Positions 62,301 to 64,000 of a stretch of 64,000 nt of DNA are shown in pieces; position 1 is the first letter of the stretch, and every line of letters begins with the position of its first letter. The stretch lies in assembly GCA_004431415.1 (NCBI GenBank), contig QPMI01000599.1:62001-126000 (forward strand). Reading direction: 5' to 3'. A program made the translations under genes and the position numbers. The notes under the pieces are model-generated. The model did no database searches and was not told the origin of the DNA. It saw only the letters and a program-made list of their open reading frames with translations. The stretch comes from Cyanophora paradoxa CCMP329. Taxonomy: Eukaryota > Plantae > Glaucophyta.

Positions 62301-64000
62301 CTGCCCTCGCGCAGCGGGCGGCGCCCGACGCCCCCTCCCCCGCCGCGCAGGGCGATCAAGGCGCACGCGGGGACGGACGGCATCGCCAAGTGAGCGGGCC
62401 TCGCCGCTGGCCGGCCCCGCCCGCCCGCTCGCGGGGGGCGCTGACGCCCCCGCAGGGCGCTGATGGGGAGCGTGGGGGTGCTCTCGGACCAGGAGCGCCA
62501 GGAAGCCATCGACCTCCTCCTCGGCAACGACCCCGACGCCCACAACGCGCGCCCCGCCCCGCCCCGCGGCGCGGCGCCTCGGCTCACGTGGAAACCGCAG
62601 TCGCCGGTGGACGAGCGGCTGGCGCGGGTGGCCCGCCGCCTGCGCCGCCGCGAGGCCGAGTACGCCGCCTTCCACGACGTCCGCCTCCTCCCGCCCTGCC
62701 GCCTCCCCGCCCCGCGCCCCGCGCCACTGAGGCCGCCCCGCCCGCGCCCGCCCGCAGATCCGCGTGCATTGCTGCACGTGGAACGCCAACGGCCTCAAGA
62801 ACCCCGCCGGTGCGCCACTTGAGCCGGGAGCTGCGCGGCCGCCGAGCCCGCCGCGCAGGCGAGGACCTCGCCGGCTGGCTCGGGGTGAACGAGTACCCCC
62901 CGCCGCACATCGTCGTCGCCTGCATCCAGGAGGTGCGCGGGGCGGCTCCGAGGCGCTCCAGGCCGCCGCCCCTGCCGACCCGCGCTGCGCGCCCGGCAGA
63001 TGGTGCAGCTGGACGACATGTCGTCGTACATCGCGGAGGACCCGTACACGCGCGAGCAGTGGCGCCTCGCCCTCAAGAAGTCCCTCCAGGCGCCCGCCGG
63101 CCCCCGCAGCGCCCCCGCGCCCCGAGGCGGCGAGAACCTGAGCGCCGCGCGCTCCCCCCGCGCGCAGGTGGTGCCCCCGGGCGGGGCCGCCCCGCTGCAG
63201 TACGAGCTGAAGTATGAGGACTGCCTGGTGCCCCCCTCCCGCCCGCCCCTCTCGCCGCCGCCCCCTCTGACCGCGCCTCCCCCGCGCCCGCAGGTGGGCC
63301 TGCTCTCGTTCGTGTACGTGCGCTCGGACGTGGCGAAGAGCGTCCGCGACTCGGACGTCAAGCCCGTCGTCGTCAAGGTGGGTGAGGGGCCCCGGCCGCA
63401 GCGAGGGGGATAGCCGGCGCCTCGTCGCTGAGCCGTCCAGCCCCCGCCCTCGCTCTCCGAGCGCGCCCCGCGCTTTCTGACGCCCTCGCGCGCCCCGGGC
63501 CGCGGCAGACGGGCCTGCGGGGCCTGGCGGGGAACAAGGGCGGCCTCTGCGTCCGCATCGCCCTCCTCGACACCACCCTGTCCGCCCCGCCCCGCCCCTC
63601 CGTCCTCCCGCCCGCCCGCCCGCCGGCTGAGCTTCTGGCCAGGTGCTTCGTGAACGCGCACCTGGCGGCCGGCCACTCGGACGTCGAGGGCCGCAACGCC
63701 AACTACCGGCCCGCCCCCGTCCCCCCGCCCGCCCGCCCGCTCTCCCGCTCGCCGGCTCTGAAGCGGGGGGCAGGGACATCCTGGCGGGGGCGCACTTCCG
63801 GGTGACGGGGGCGGGGAGCACGCGCGGCTTCGGCGACTCCATCCTCGACCAGGCCCGCCGCCCCCGGCCCCCGCCCCCTCCGCCCCCGCTCCTTCTCACC
63901 GGCCGGCCCCGCAGGACGTCGCCTTCTGGATCGGCGACCTGAACTACCGCATCGACATGGGTGCGCCCCGCCCCCTCTCCTTCCGCCCCCGCTCAGAGTT
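59373..64000 (+). CDS. Synaptojanin-like phosphoinositide phosphatase (Sac domain + inositol 5-phosphatase); continues past window
   Basis: [74 protein letters not shown] (CX5R). Then [21 protein letters not shown] and [11 protein letters not shown]. Confidence 0.95.

Noticed and set aside
1-64000. rRNA, tRNA, hammerhead ribozyme or Fanzor/TnpB genes
   Set aside because: No supporting motifs seen by eye; a covariance-model and HMM scan would be needed to exclude them formally.

Overview
Eukaryotic nuclear DNA, not prokaryotic. It is very GC-rich and packed with short (~50-90 nt) C-rich spliceosomal introns, many with GC-AG ends, so the ORF track mostly shows exon fragments and shadow frames. 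An MAFV-type plastid transit peptide suggests an alga, possibly a glaucophyte (inference only). Host genes in order: a 5'-truncated beta-helix/Cys-rich/multipass membrane protein, a RING-finger protein, biotin synthase, a plastid-targeted cupredoxin, a UBXN4-like protein, a SMIM13-like protein, a SAM methyltransferase, a dynamin-related GTPase, an FAD monooxygenase and a synaptojanin-like Sac/5-phosphatase (3'-truncated). The last eight form four head-to-head pairs. Two accessory blocks interrupt the genes. Block 1 is a 12.6-kb LTR element (13035-25641) with 282-bp LTRs differing at one base, a TATAT target duplication and no recognisable gag/pol. Block 2 (41.6-56.3 kb) holds two poly(A)-tailed retroelement ends stacked at one ATGG site, a Helitron-like end, a non-autonomous CACTA element with a 143-bp tandem array, and an ~8-kb gene I cannot assign. 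That gene carries 4-5 copies of a ~120-aa domain with identical intron positions and has a deleted paralog upstream. Exon boundaries were read by eye and gene ends are approximate where stated.
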